Assembly (NCBI GenBank): GCA_965197905.1 | Contig: CBDAOB010000005.1 | Coordinates: 1,888,001 to 1,952,000 of the forward strand | Reading direction: 5' to 3' | Source of the DNA: Candidatus Latescibacterota bacterium | GTDB lineage: Bacteria; Latescibacterota; UBA2968; UBA8231 | Length of the DNA: 64,000 nt | Part shown: one piece after another, positions 1-8,979 of the stretch | How positions within the stretch are numbered: position 1 is the stretch's first letter | Layout: the number at the start of each line of letters is the position of its first letter | Position numbers and translations under genes: made by a program | Notes under the pieces: model-generated | Told to the model about the DNA's origin: nothing | What the model saw: the letters and a program-made list of their open reading frames with translations, nothing else | Database searches by the model: none

Positions 1-283
1 CCATCTCCTCCGATGCCACTGCTGCCAGAATTTCCATGTACTCTATGCTGCGAATAATGGTAGCGTTGGCGAATTCATCCAGCTTCTGCACTTCTTCACC
101 ATGAACATTCTTTCTTCCGGTTATCCCCATCACCTGTGCCAAACCAGCCTTGTTCACCTCGCGGGAGATGATCTTCCCCGCCACCGTAAGCTCCACCAGA
201 AGCCTGGTGAACCGTCCTGTCGCTTCCGGAAAATTGCGCTGCTCTTCAATGATGAACCGCGTCAGAGGTGTTCCGATATCCAT
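1..283 (-). CDS. fbp: Class 1 fructose-1,6-bisphosphatase, N-terminal part (runs off the window)
   Basis: Manual translation: MDIGTPLTRFIIEEQRNFPEATGRFTRLLVELTVAGKIISREVNKAGLAQVMGITGRKNVHGEEVQKLDEFAN...ASEEM. Contains the FBPase I motifs N-x-x-GE-x-x-QKLD and ASEE. Not in the ORF track. Confidence 0.93.
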   Translation of the reverse strand, partial: MDIGTPLTRFIIEEQRNFPEATGRFTRLLVELTVAGKIISREVNKAGLAQVMGITGRKNVHGEEVQKLDEFANATIIRSIEYMEILAAVASEEM

Positions 284-343
284 TCGTAGATTTCTACCTT
301 CCTAAAATATTGACTAGGGAAAACCCGCCTTGGTTGCCTCTCT

Positions 344-1753
344 TCAAGCCAGCCGCCCCAACAGATCCTTCTCCATGAGGGCGTCCAGGGCCTCGCCGAA
401 TACCTCCAGGGTTTTGTCGATGTGCTGTGGCTCGTGTGAGGCAGAGGTGACTCCGCCGGTGTAGGAGAGCAGCTCCACACCCCGTATCTGCAGATTCTTC
501 TGGAACGCCGTTACGAGGTGTTTTGGAATGCTTTTGAGCGTCAAAGCGTCTTCGGTCTGAAGATCGCTCCGACGCCCGGCGCCTGAGCCGGGTGTGGCTT
601 CCATGAACACGTGGAAAAGTGAAGATTCGCCATATACGTATCCGGCAATATCGCGCCGGCCCATCTCTTCTTCCATTCCCGCCCGCAACCGTTCCGCCAT
701 TTGATTCGCCAGATCCTGCGCCTCGCCCGACCTGACGATCCGCAGCGTGGCGATGCCGGCGGCAGCGGAAAGCGGGTTGGCGTTGAAGGTCCCCATATGC
801 CACACCCTCCCGTAGCGGTCATGATCTGGATCTCCGGTGAAGTCGAAGAGGCCCATGATCTCCTTCCGACCCGCTACCACCCCACCAGGCATGCCGCCCG
901 CGACGATCTTGCCCATGACGGTAAGGTCCGGGGTTACGCCCGCATGCTTTTGATATCCCCCGGAACTATAGCGAAAACCGGTAACCACCTCGTCGTAGAC
1001 GAGGGGGACCCCCAACACCTCCGTGAGCGCCCGCAGCTCACGGTTGAACTGAACGGTCAGCGGCACCGTACCCCACGAGGCTCCCGAAGGTTCGAGCAAA
1101 ACCGCGGCGATCCCTTGATCTCGCCGCAGAGTTTCCTCAATGCGGTTCAGCTCAGCCGGCAAAACCAGGATAGAATCGATCTTGGTCGCCGGTATGCCCA
1201 TGGAAGCAGGTTTATGGAATGGAGGAGAAGTCCCCCGCCCTACGTCGTCATGCCAACCGTTGAAATGCCCCTCCAGGCGCAGCAGTTTTTCCTTGCCGGT
1301 GAACGCCCGGGCTAAGCGGATCGCCAGCATCGTTCCCTCAGTGCCGGAATTGACGAAACGGATCGCTTCGGCGCTGGGAACCATCTCCTGGATCAATTCC
1401 GCCCATTCCACCTGCAGAGGATGATCCTGCCCGTAGTGATAGCCGTCCTTCAGCGCCGCGGCGACGGCATCCAGGACCTCCGGGGGCGAGTGCCCCAGCA
1501 GCAGGGCTCCGTTGCCCATACCGTAATCGATGTACTCGTTCCCATCCACATCCCACATCATAGCTCCACTCGCTTTGGCGATGTAGCTCGGACAGGGCAA
1601 GCTGTGACGCATGTCGTGTCCAACGCCACCTGCCAGACAGTCGCGGGCTCGCGCGTAGAGATCCATGCTTTGCGAACGATGCGATACATAGTTCTCGAAC
1701 CAGAAATCCTGTTCCATCTTGTTCTCTAAATCACCTGTTGGATAACGCGACAT
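344..1753 (-). CDS. Class III PLP aminotransferase (glutamate-1-semialdehyde aminomutase-like)
   Basis: Motifs WDVDGNEYIDY, FVNSGTEG, DEVVTGFR, MGKIVAGG (PLP Lys), GTFNANP. Start placed at ATG 1753 (GAGG upstream); the track ORF extends into the next gene. Confidence 0.85.
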   Translation of the reverse strand: MSRYPTGDLENKMEQDFWFENYVSHRSQSMDLYARARDCLAGGVGHDMRHSLPCPSYIAKASGAMMWDVDGNEYIDYGMGNGALLLGHSPPEVLDAVAAALKDGYHYGQDHPLQVEWAELIQEMVPSAEAIRFVNSGTEGTMLAIRLARAFTGKEKLLRLEGHFNGWHDDVGRGTSPPFHKPASMGIPATKIDSILVLPAELNRIEETLRRDQGIAAVLLEPSGASWGTVPLTVQFNRELRALTEVLGVPLVYDEVVTGFRYSSGGYQKHAGVTPDLTVMGKIVAGGMPGGVVAGRKEIMGLFDFTGDPDHDRYGRVWHMGTFNANPLSAAAGIATLRIVRSGEAQDLANQMAERLRAGMEEEMGRRDIAGYVYGESSLFHVFMEATPGSGAGRRSDLQTEDALTLKSIPKHLVTAFQKNLQIRGVELLSYTGGVTSASHEPQHIDKTLEVFGEALDALMEKDLLGRLA

Positions 1754-1788
1754 GCTGTTTGCCTCTTGCATGCCTCGGGTGAGAGCGG

Positions 1789-3015
1789 TCAGCTCACAGC
1801 CAGCAACTTTACCAGAAAGGCGCTGAGGCCACCCACCAGCGCTGCCGCCACGAATCCGACACTCATGGGACGCAGACCAATGCCGCAAAGCTTGGAAATA
1901 CTGGTTCCGAGACCCACCCCGGCCATCGCCATCACCAACAGCCAGCTTGAAGCACGGCTTGCCCAGGATAAGGTGGAGCTCCATCTCTCTGCCGCGAGCG
2001 CAGGAAGGTAGAGATCGCCAAGCGACCGCACGGTAGCCATCGCCACGAACCCGACCACGAACAGAGGAACGAATTCACGCCAGCTTGGTCGCACAGTATC
2101 CAAATGCGACTCCCGCCGATAGAGGAAAGCCATGAAGGGTATTACACCTATCATAAACAGATTCCGCACCAACTTGGTAACCGCGGCAGATTCCAGTGCC
2201 TCCGGCGCCGCAAAACGCTCGCTGTACAACAACCCGGCCCCGGCCACCTGAGCCGTATCGTGGATGGCCGTTCCAAGAAAATGGCCAACCCGTACCGGAT
2301 CCGCACCGAACATCCAGTGCGCCGCAAAGGGATAAACGAAGAGACCCAGCATGCCAAAAATCGTTACACATGCAACGGCATAGGAAACTTCGTCTTTTTC
2401 GGCTTTGATGATGGGACCCGTCGCGATGACGGCGCTCACCCCACAGATACCGGTCCCGACCGCAATCAAACTGCCCAGCCGCTTCGGCAAACCGAAGATA
2501 CGAGTGATCTGGTGGACCAAGACCAGCGCAGCCACAATGCAGACTAGAACGATGGGTAAAGCATGCAGTCCTACCATGCCCGCGGTTGACAGACTCAAAC
2601 GCAAACCCAGCAAGGTGATGCCCAAACGCAACAGTTTCTTTACGCAGAGCCCGATCCCCTTCTCGTAAACCTCGGGCAAACCGATCACATTGCGAACTGC
2701 AAATCCAACGAGAATTGTCACGAGTACGGCGCTGATCGGTGACGTTTCAACGGACCAGATCAGTCGGCCGAGCCAGAAGGCCAACTCGCGGCCCGTGAAT
2801 GCGACCGCAAGGGCCAGCAGGAGTCCCGGCAAAAACAGTCCTGCCGCACTGAAGAATTCGTATAACCGATTTTGCCAGGCCGCCCGAGCTTCCTTTTCGC
2901 GCGCAGATTCAACCGGCTGGGGCCATTCGTACATCCCCTCGAAACCACCCATCCACTCGGCCAGAGCAGGGTCTGCGTACGGGTTGCCACCCGACTTACT
3001 CGGCATGTTGGTCAA
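1789..3015 (-). CDS. YeiH/UPF0324 family putative sulfate exporter membrane protein
   Basis: Multiple TM helices; GTGICGVSAV, GTAIHDTAQV and KLVRN motifs typical of YeiH. Confidence 0.88.
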   Translation of the reverse strand: MTNMPSKSGGNPYADPALAEWMGGFEGMYEWPQPVESAREKEARAAWQNRLYEFFSAAGLFLPGLLLALAVAFTGRELAFWLGRLIWSVETSPISAVLVTILVGFAVRNVIGLPEVYEKGIGLCVKKLLRLGITLLGLRLSLSTAGMVGLHALPIVLVCIVAALVLVHQITRIFGLPKRLGSLIAVGTGICGVSAVIATGPIIKAEKDEVSYAVACVTIFGMLGLFVYPFAAHWMFGADPVRVGHFLGTAIHDTAQVAGAGLLYSERFAAPEALESAAVTKLVRNLFMIGVIPFMAFLYRRESHLDTVRPSWREFVPLFVVGFVAMATVRSLGDLYLPALAAERWSSTLSWASRASSWLLVMAMAGVGLGTSISKLCGIGLRPMSVGFVAAALVGGLSAFLVKLLAVS

Positions 3016-3089
3016 CGATCTCCCCGACGATCAAGCCTAAATTCTGTCTCGTGGCTGTTCCTCGCTCCACGATCCTTCAGTGAGCTGCA

Positions 3090-4355
3090 TCAATTGAAAC
3101 GATCGACGGCAAGAGCCGAGAGATCGATCGGGGAATCGGTCCCCCCGATGATATCCGCAACCAGCTTCCCGGTGATCGGCCCCAGAGAAACTCCAATCGT
3201 TGCATGCCCCGCAGCGACTACCAGATTGGTTAGGTTTCGCGGGCGCCCGATAAAAGGCAGACCGTCGGGCGAGCAAGGTCGCAAGCCGCGCCAGATCTCC
3301 ATGAGCTCCATTTCGTTCGGGTCCAACTGGGGCATATAGGTCGGTATCGCCTTAAGAATCGCGTTCACCCTGCGTCTGTTGATGCCCATATCGAGACCAC
3401 CCAGCTCGAGAGTGCCGGCAAAACGGAGTTTGCCGACCATGGGACCCACACCGACCTTGGCTTCGCTCAAGATCATCGGCGTGGTTGGACCAACTGCCGG
3501 CTTCTTGAATGTGACGTGATACCCCTTTGCCGGTTGTATCGGCAGCCTAAGACCCAATCGGCGCCCGATCTCAGACGACCAGGAACCAGCCGAGAGCACA
3601 ACTTCGCGGGGTCCGAAGTCACCCCGGGTGGTGCAGACCGTGTTCACGTGGCCATGGTCCACGACCACGTCGATGACCTCGGCATGAGGAACCACCTCCG
3701 CTCCCTTCGCTTCCAAATGTGCAGACAGGCCGTTGACGAATAAATCGGGAGTTAGATGGGCATCCTGCGAATACCAGGCAGCGCCCACGATATCCAATCG
3801 GACATCTGGCTCGCGCTCGGCTGTTTCATCGGGCGACAGTAGCGTTGCGTCGAGGCCGATCCCCCTCAAGATTTCGACCTCCTTGCCCAGCTCCTCCAGC
3901 CCTTCGCTCGAATTGCAGAGAGCCAGCAGCCCTTTACGCTGGAATCCAAATTCAAGGCCGTCGAGGGCTGCGAGGTTGTCGTAGAGGTCCAGGCTGGCGA
4001 GACTGAGATCGCGAATCAACGGCGCGGCGCGGCGAAGATGCCCCTTGGTGCAGGCGCCCCGAAATTTCCACAACCAGGAAAACAGATTCAAATCAAGTCG
4101 GGGTTTGATGTAGAACGGGCTTGCGGAATTGAACATCCATTTGATGCCCTTCAGCATAACCCCGGGGGCCGCTAACGGCACCGCGTGACTGGGGACCAGA
4201 AGACCGGAGTTGCCGTAGGAAGCCCCCGCGCCTATCTCGTCGCGCTCAACTAAAGTTACGGATCGACCCGATTGTGCGAGGTAGTAGGCCGCGCAGACGC
4301 CAATTACACCGCCCCCGATGACGAGTACGTCTACATCCCTCCCCAAATTGCTCAA
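3090..4355 (-). CDS. FAD-dependent D-amino acid dehydrogenase family protein (DadA-like)
   Basis: GGGVIG Rossmann motif, ASYGNSG, PAKGY, WRGLRP, GH-x-x-x-G. Confidence 0.85.
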   Translation of the reverse strand: MSNLGRDVDVLVIGGGVIGVCAAYYLAQSGRSVTLVERDEIGAGASYGNSGLLVPSHAVPLAAPGVMLKGIKWMFNSASPFYIKPRLDLNLFSWLWKFRGACTKGHLRRAAPLIRDLSLASLDLYDNLAALDGLEFGFQRKGLLALCNSSEGLEELGKEVEILRGIGLDATLLSPDETAEREPDVRLDIVGAAWYSQDAHLTPDLFVNGLSAHLEAKGAEVVPHAEVIDVVVDHGHVNTVCTTRGDFGPREVVLSAGSWSSEIGRRLGLRLPIQPAKGYHVTFKKPAVGPTTPMILSEAKVGVGPMVGKLRFAGTLELGGLDMGINRRRVNAILKAIPTYMPQLDPNEMELMEIWRGLRPCSPDGLPFIGRPRNLTNLVVAAGHATIGVSLGPITGKLVADIIGGTDSPIDLSALAVDRFN

Positions 4356-4427
4356 AGACAGATTCTCCGCCGTAATCTCAATGTTGCTCGGCAGAAAGTA
4401 AACACGGCGCCAGGACCGTCCAGTGGA

Positions 4428-6191
4428 TCAGACCCCTCCCGGTTGGTGGCAGAATTCCACCTCGACCCACTTCCTCACCGAATTGATGAGGTGAATCCTT
4501 GTTGCCCGCTCGATCTCCTCCCGAACCAGCACCCTTTCCTTAATGGCTCGCGATTCTAGCAAGTGCGCTCTAAACGTGCCTCCCAGTAGTCCGCATTCCA
4601 CCGGCGGCGTCCAATCTTCGCCATCCAGCTCCGCGACTATGTTGCCCGTACAGAATTCGGTAACCTCCCCGCTGGAGTTCCACAACAACACCTCCGAATA
4701 ATCAGGGTGATCGGCGAGCCGGGTTTCGTAGAGGTTTCGATGCGTGGTCTTGTGGAACAGAAAAACATCCGCTTCGTCGACCGCTCTCACGGCAAACCGC
4801 GCGCGAACCGGCGCACATCCGTCGTCCAGCGGGGCACTCTCCAGTTCGATCGCGCCCGAGGTCTTCTGCAGCAGGCGAATCAGACGTCGATCGTGGAATT
4901 CCTGGGCTTCCTTTCGCAGGCGCTCGTTCACCGCTGCCTTATCGCACTTGATTCCGAAGTACCGAGCAGAACCTTCCAGTCGTTCCAGATGTCGATCGAG
5001 CAGATAATATCCGTATTCCGGCTCATACAACATCGTTTCCAGCAAGGAGAATTCGGGCCGTTTTGTCACCAGGACCCGCGATTTGACCGCGCACTCCTGA
5101 AACTCTTGTCTCCCTTCCGAGTCATGGGTTATTCCACCACCCACTCCGAACGAAGCCTGTTTTTGGTCGCGATCGACACACACGGTACGGATGGCGACGC
5201 TGAATTGGGCGGTTCCAGACGGAGACAGAAAACCGATGGCACCGGTGTACAACCCTCGGGGCTGCGACTCGAGCTCAGCGATGATCTGCATGGTCCTCAC
5301 CTTCGGGGCGCCAGTAACCGATCCGCATGGGAAGAGCGCCGAGAAAAGCTCGCGCAACGACGTGCCTTCCCGCATGTTCGACCTAACCGTCGATGTGAGC
5401 TGGAGCACGGTCTCGTACTGCTCCACCTGCCACAGATGTTCAACCGCCACCGATCCGGTCGCGGAAATTCTGCCAAGATCGTTTCGCAGGAGATCGACGA
5501 TCATCAGGTTCTCAGCCCGGTCTTTTGCAGCGTCTCGCAGTTCGCACGCGAACCTTCGATCTTCGGCGAGCCATCGGCCCCGGGGTCTCGTTCCCTTCAT
5601 GGGACGCGTCGTCAACACGCCATCGGTCAAGCTGAAGAACAACTCGGGAGATACCGAGAGAATCTGATAGCGTCCGAAGTCGAGGTAGGCGCAATAGGCA
5701 GCCCCCTGGGATCTGCACAGATCCCGGTAGAGGGCGCGAGCGTCCCCATCGAAGTCCGCCATCATCTGGAAGGTGTAATTGACCTGGTAGGTGTCGCCGG
5801 CGGCAATGTACTCGTGAATCCGTCCCACCGATTCGGCGTAAACCGCCTCTGGGATGGACGGTTTCCATGGCGAGATCGAACATCGATTGGCAACAACCTG
5901 CTCCCCCGGAACACACGGTTGCCTGCGTTCAAAGAGCCCGAAACACAGCAGGGGAAAGCTGGTGCCCTGCTGGGCGCTCAGAACCGGATCGATGCCGGGC
6001 GCAGCATCGTAGCTGAGGTACCCCGCCGCATGGAGCCCAGAGGCGACGGCGTCCTCCACCGCCTCTATTGCCGAGGGGACCTCCTCGAGGGTAGCCGCCT
6101 CAATCTCTCCCCGGCATCCATCGAACTTGTATGACTGGGATTGCAGAGTGCTGGAATAAGATTCGAATATGGGCGGCGATTCGAAGGTCAT
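4428..6191 (-). CDS. pabB: Aminodeoxychorismate synthase component I fused to a class IV aminotransferase/ADC lyase (PabB-PabC)
   Basis: Chorismate-binding motifs GDTYQVN, SPELFF, PMKGT, KDRAENLMIVDLLRND, FPCGSVTGAPK; C-terminal HKTT...R and GLLGGTFR. Confidence 0.9.
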   Translation of the reverse strand: MTFESPPIFESYSSTLQSQSYKFDGCRGEIEAATLEEVPSAIEAVEDAVASGLHAAGYLSYDAAPGIDPVLSAQQGTSFPLLCFGLFERRQPCVPGEQVVANRCSISPWKPSIPEAVYAESVGRIHEYIAAGDTYQVNYTFQMMADFDGDARALYRDLCRSQGAAYCAYLDFGRYQILSVSPELFFSLTDGVLTTRPMKGTRPRGRWLAEDRRFACELRDAAKDRAENLMIVDLLRNDLGRISATGSVAVEHLWQVEQYETVLQLTSTVRSNMREGTSLRELFSALFPCGSVTGAPKVRTMQIIAELESQPRGLYTGAIGFLSPSGTAQFSVAIRTVCVDRDQKQASFGVGGGITHDSEGRQEFQECAVKSRVLVTKRPEFSLLETMLYEPEYGYYLLDRHLERLEGSARYFGIKCDKAAVNERLRKEAQEFHDRRLIRLLQKTSGAIELESAPLDDGCAPVRARFAVRAVDEADVFLFHKTTHRNLYETRLADHPDYSEVLLWNSSGEVTEFCTGNIVAELDGEDWTPPVECGLLGGTFRAHLLESRAIKERVLVREEIERATRIHLINSVRKWVEVEFCHQPGGV

Positions 6192-6209
6192 ACCTGTTGT
6201 AGCCGGGAG

Positions 6210-7913
6210 TTAAACCTCGGCGGCGGTTGGACTGAAGCAGCGTATCTCCAACGTCCAGTCGACGGGAGTCATCAACGCAATCAACAGGCGGAAACAATCA
6301 GGTTCCGGCTCGCTGTTTCTCATACTCCACATGCGATGTTGGAGATTTCCGGGTCCTACAGAGATAGCTTCAGCCTCGATTCGGTAGGTGGCAAATCCAG
6401 CTTTCAGAAACGCCGTGCCCCCGCGTTCTGCCCGCAGCAGCCCGCTATCCAGCTCCAGCACGCCTCCAGGGGAAAACAGGCATTCCAGCTGCAATGGGAC
6501 ACCGTCAACACCCCCTGTGCTGACTATCTGCAGGTCGAAGCCGTTGGTCACGGGGACCGTTTCAAGTTGAAGCTCCAAAGGTTCGAGGTCGTAGGTCGAA
6601 CGTCTCTTTCGAACCTCCCGCCAATCCTCGGATTTCACCTCACGGCCGACAGGTAGCCAGTAGACCGGCCGGTCGTATTTGCGCTCCGAGTAGATCGGAT
6701 TGCGGCCCCTGTGGCGCAAGCGTACCCGGCCATTGACTACCTGAAACTGCTCGCCGCGAAATTGGCCCGTCGCGAAGTAGGTGGAAGAGATCTTGACCGC
6801 CATGGATTCGATTGATCCAAAAGCAATATCGATCGGCCGCGTGATGTTCGCCGCAACGCTCGCGCTCAGCCGGCCGTTGCGATGGCGCCACAAACCAGAC
6901 CGAGCATACACCCTGGTGAACGTCTCGGGCAGTTCGTCCCGGTCGATATCAGTGGTGCGCCACTCGGGATGTTCAACAAACGGATGCAGTGCCCACGGCA
7001 AGCTACCGCCTCCCTGCGTCCACAGCCAGTCGGCAACGGCGGCGTAGAAACCGTTTCCGTCCATGCGGCTCATATGGTAGTAGGAGTCTATGAGGCCGGT
7101 GGGAACGACGCGGCTGCCGCGGTCCTGACGCGACGAAAGGGTGGTGACGATGGTGCCGTCGCCGTGCAACAGATGGTAGGAGAGGTCGAGGTTTTTCCGC
7201 ACCGGAACGAGCAGATCGGGATGGCCGAGACATGCTGCGGCCAGACGCAACGATCGATTGCATATGGCGTTGTACACCCCGGCGCTGCGCTCGGTGTACT
7301 CGCCATCCTCGTTGATATCGATTCCCTCAGCGAGATACGCGTGTATCGGTTCATCAACATCCAAATCGGGAAAAAGCTCGCGAGCCTGGGCAAGAGCAGA
7401 CAGGATCACCCACCGATGATTGGGAGTGTGGAAACCTCCCGAGACGATGCCCGGTACCGAGATTCGAATGAGCTCGCCGATGGACTTGGCGAGCTCGGCC
7501 GCGCCGCGAACCCCATTGCTGCCACGGGCCAGCTTTACCAGGGGCGCAACAGCCTGCACGACGAACGCGGTGTCGGGCGCCGAATCGAAATTGGTAGTGA
7601 CGAGATCCCAACGACCGGAGGAGCGTCGAGCCGCCTGGGCGAATCGAGTCGCGGCATCGATCCGATTGCGCAGCTCTTCATGCTCGAAGAATCCGGACTC
7701 GGGCAGCAAGTAGGCATATCCGAGAAGCGTTGCGGATCCTACACCGGATCCTCCGGCCAGTCCGTCGTCGCTCATGAATCCGCCGATGTCCGGTCGGCTG
7801 CGGTCCATGACCTGCGTCGACATCAGGCGCTCGACCTGTCTGTCGAGCTCGGAAATCAAAACGTGGTAGTCGATTCTTTGGCTGGGCTCGTTGGCTGAGC
7901 GACGGGCGGACAC
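6210..7913 (-). CDS. Conserved hypothetical protein (possible lyase-like alpha/alpha-barrel plus beta-sandwich)
   Basis: Long ORF with GGFHTPNHRWV and DGEYTERS-x-G-x-YN motifs. Start uncertain (GTG 7913 chosen to avoid overlap with the upstream gene). Confidence 0.65.
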   Translation of the reverse strand: MSARRSANEPSQRIDYHVLISELDRQVERLMSTQVMDRSRPDIGGFMSDDGLAGGSGVGSATLLGYAYLLPESGFFEHEELRNRIDAATRFAQAARRSSGRWDLVTTNFDSAPDTAFVVQAVAPLVKLARGSNGVRGAAELAKSIGELIRISVPGIVSGGFHTPNHRWVILSALAQARELFPDLDVDEPIHAYLAEGIDINEDGEYTERSAGVYNAICNRSLRLAAACLGHPDLLVPVRKNLDLSYHLLHGDGTIVTTLSSRQDRGSRVVPTGLIDSYYHMSRMDGNGFYAAVADWLWTQGGGSLPWALHPFVEHPEWRTTDIDRDELPETFTRVYARSGLWRHRNGRLSASVAANITRPIDIAFGSIESMAVKISSTYFATGQFRGEQFQVVNGRVRLRHRGRNPIYSERKYDRPVYWLPVGREVKSEDWREVRKRRSTYDLEPLELQLETVPVTNGFDLQIVSTGGVDGVPLQLECLFSPGGVLELDSGLLRAERGGTAFLKAGFATYRIEAEAISVGPGNLQHRMWSMRNSEPEPDCFRLLIALMTPVDWTLEIRCFSPTAAEV

Positions 7914-8019
7914 GGAGGGAATCAGCCCCGCACGGAGACCGGTTGGTGGGATCTCAAGACTGTCCGTGAAGCAAGAAACGCCGAGACCACAGTTGGTGAC
8001 GCGGAGTTGCCATGGTCGC

Positions 8020-8979
8020 CTACCCGTCGTGTGCGGGCAGACCACCGAGCATCGCCCGGCGCAGCTGGTCCACGTCCGGAAGCTGGAAATACTCCCAGAC
8101 TGCCCGCACTACACCGTCGTCGACGTACGCCAATCTGGGATAACCGTGCTTGTAGGTCAGACGGCGGAAATCGGTAAGCGAGATGGTGGCGATCTTGTAG
8201 TTGGGCCGCAGATGTTCCTTGAACTTGGAGAGCGCTTTGGATTCGGATGGGAAACTGGTCAAGGCAAGCACGGACGGCAGATCTGCGATCTCCTGAAACT
8301 CATTTAACTTCGGGACCTCCTTTTGACAGCGACCACACGTAGGGCTAAATAGAGCGACGACAAATCTGCCTTCCGCGATGTCGAGATCGACCCCATCCAG
8401 CGACAGACCGTTCAAATCCACTCCAACCTGGAGGTCCGAATTTTCAGCGCGACCGGCTTCGGGAATGTACCTGAAAGCGAAAACAGCGACGGCCACGATC
8501 GCACCGGCGGCTAGAAGTTTCGAGGACAGCCCCGAAGGGTGGGTATTGAACGGCCGGCCTCCCCACCATGCGACGAGCACCAGGACGAGCATGCCCAGGT
8601 CTTCGACCGCGGCTTCACCCGGGCTGCGGTTCACCAGCGAGCCGAAACACCCGCAATCCGCGGTTGCGCCGATTTTCCAAGCGTAGGCCATGAGCGCCGT
8701 GAAAAAACACAGCAGGACCGCCGACACCGGAAGTGCGATGCGCGGCCGCCAGTCGAGGAGGAGCGCGACCCCCAACATGAATTCCAGGGGGCCGAAGATG
8801 AGCGCCATGCGTGCACCGATCGGGGCCATCTCGCGCTCGACGCCGAGCACCAGAACGAACGGCATTGCTTCCCAGAAGAAAAGTAAAGGGTCCCAGATCT
8901 TGATCGTGCCGGCAACGACAAAGAGCAGGCCCATGATGAGCTGCGCAACGCGGGCAATGGTGGAAACAGCTGCACTCAT
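8020..8979 (-). CDS. DoxX/MauE family membrane protein with C-terminal thioredoxin-like domain
   Basis: Several TM helices with the DCGCFG motif of MauE; C-terminal FSPTCGRC (CxxC) and GYP. Confidence 0.8.
   Translation of the reverse strand: MSAAVSTIARVAQLIMGLLFVVAGTIKIWDPLLFFWEAMPFVLVLGVEREMAPIGARMALIFGPLEFMLGVALLLDWRPRIALPVSAVLLCFFTALMAYAWKIGATADCGCFGSLVNRSPGEAAVEDLGMLVLVLVAWWGGRPFNTHPSGLSSKLLAAGAIVAVAVFAFRYIPEAGRAENSDLQVGVDLNGLSLDGVDLDIAEGRFVVALFSPTCGRCQKEVPKLNEFQEIADLPSVLALTSFPSESKALSKFKEHLRPNYKIATISLTDFRRLTYKHGYPRLAYVDDGVVRAVWEYFQLPDVDQLRRAMLGGLPAHDG

Noticed and set aside
4707..6134. Long antisense or alternate-frame ORFs (e.g. 4707-6134, 6882-7898, 44088-45161, 61892-62884)
   Set aside because: Shadow ORFs opposite well-supported genes in GC-rich DNA, with no recognisable motifs.
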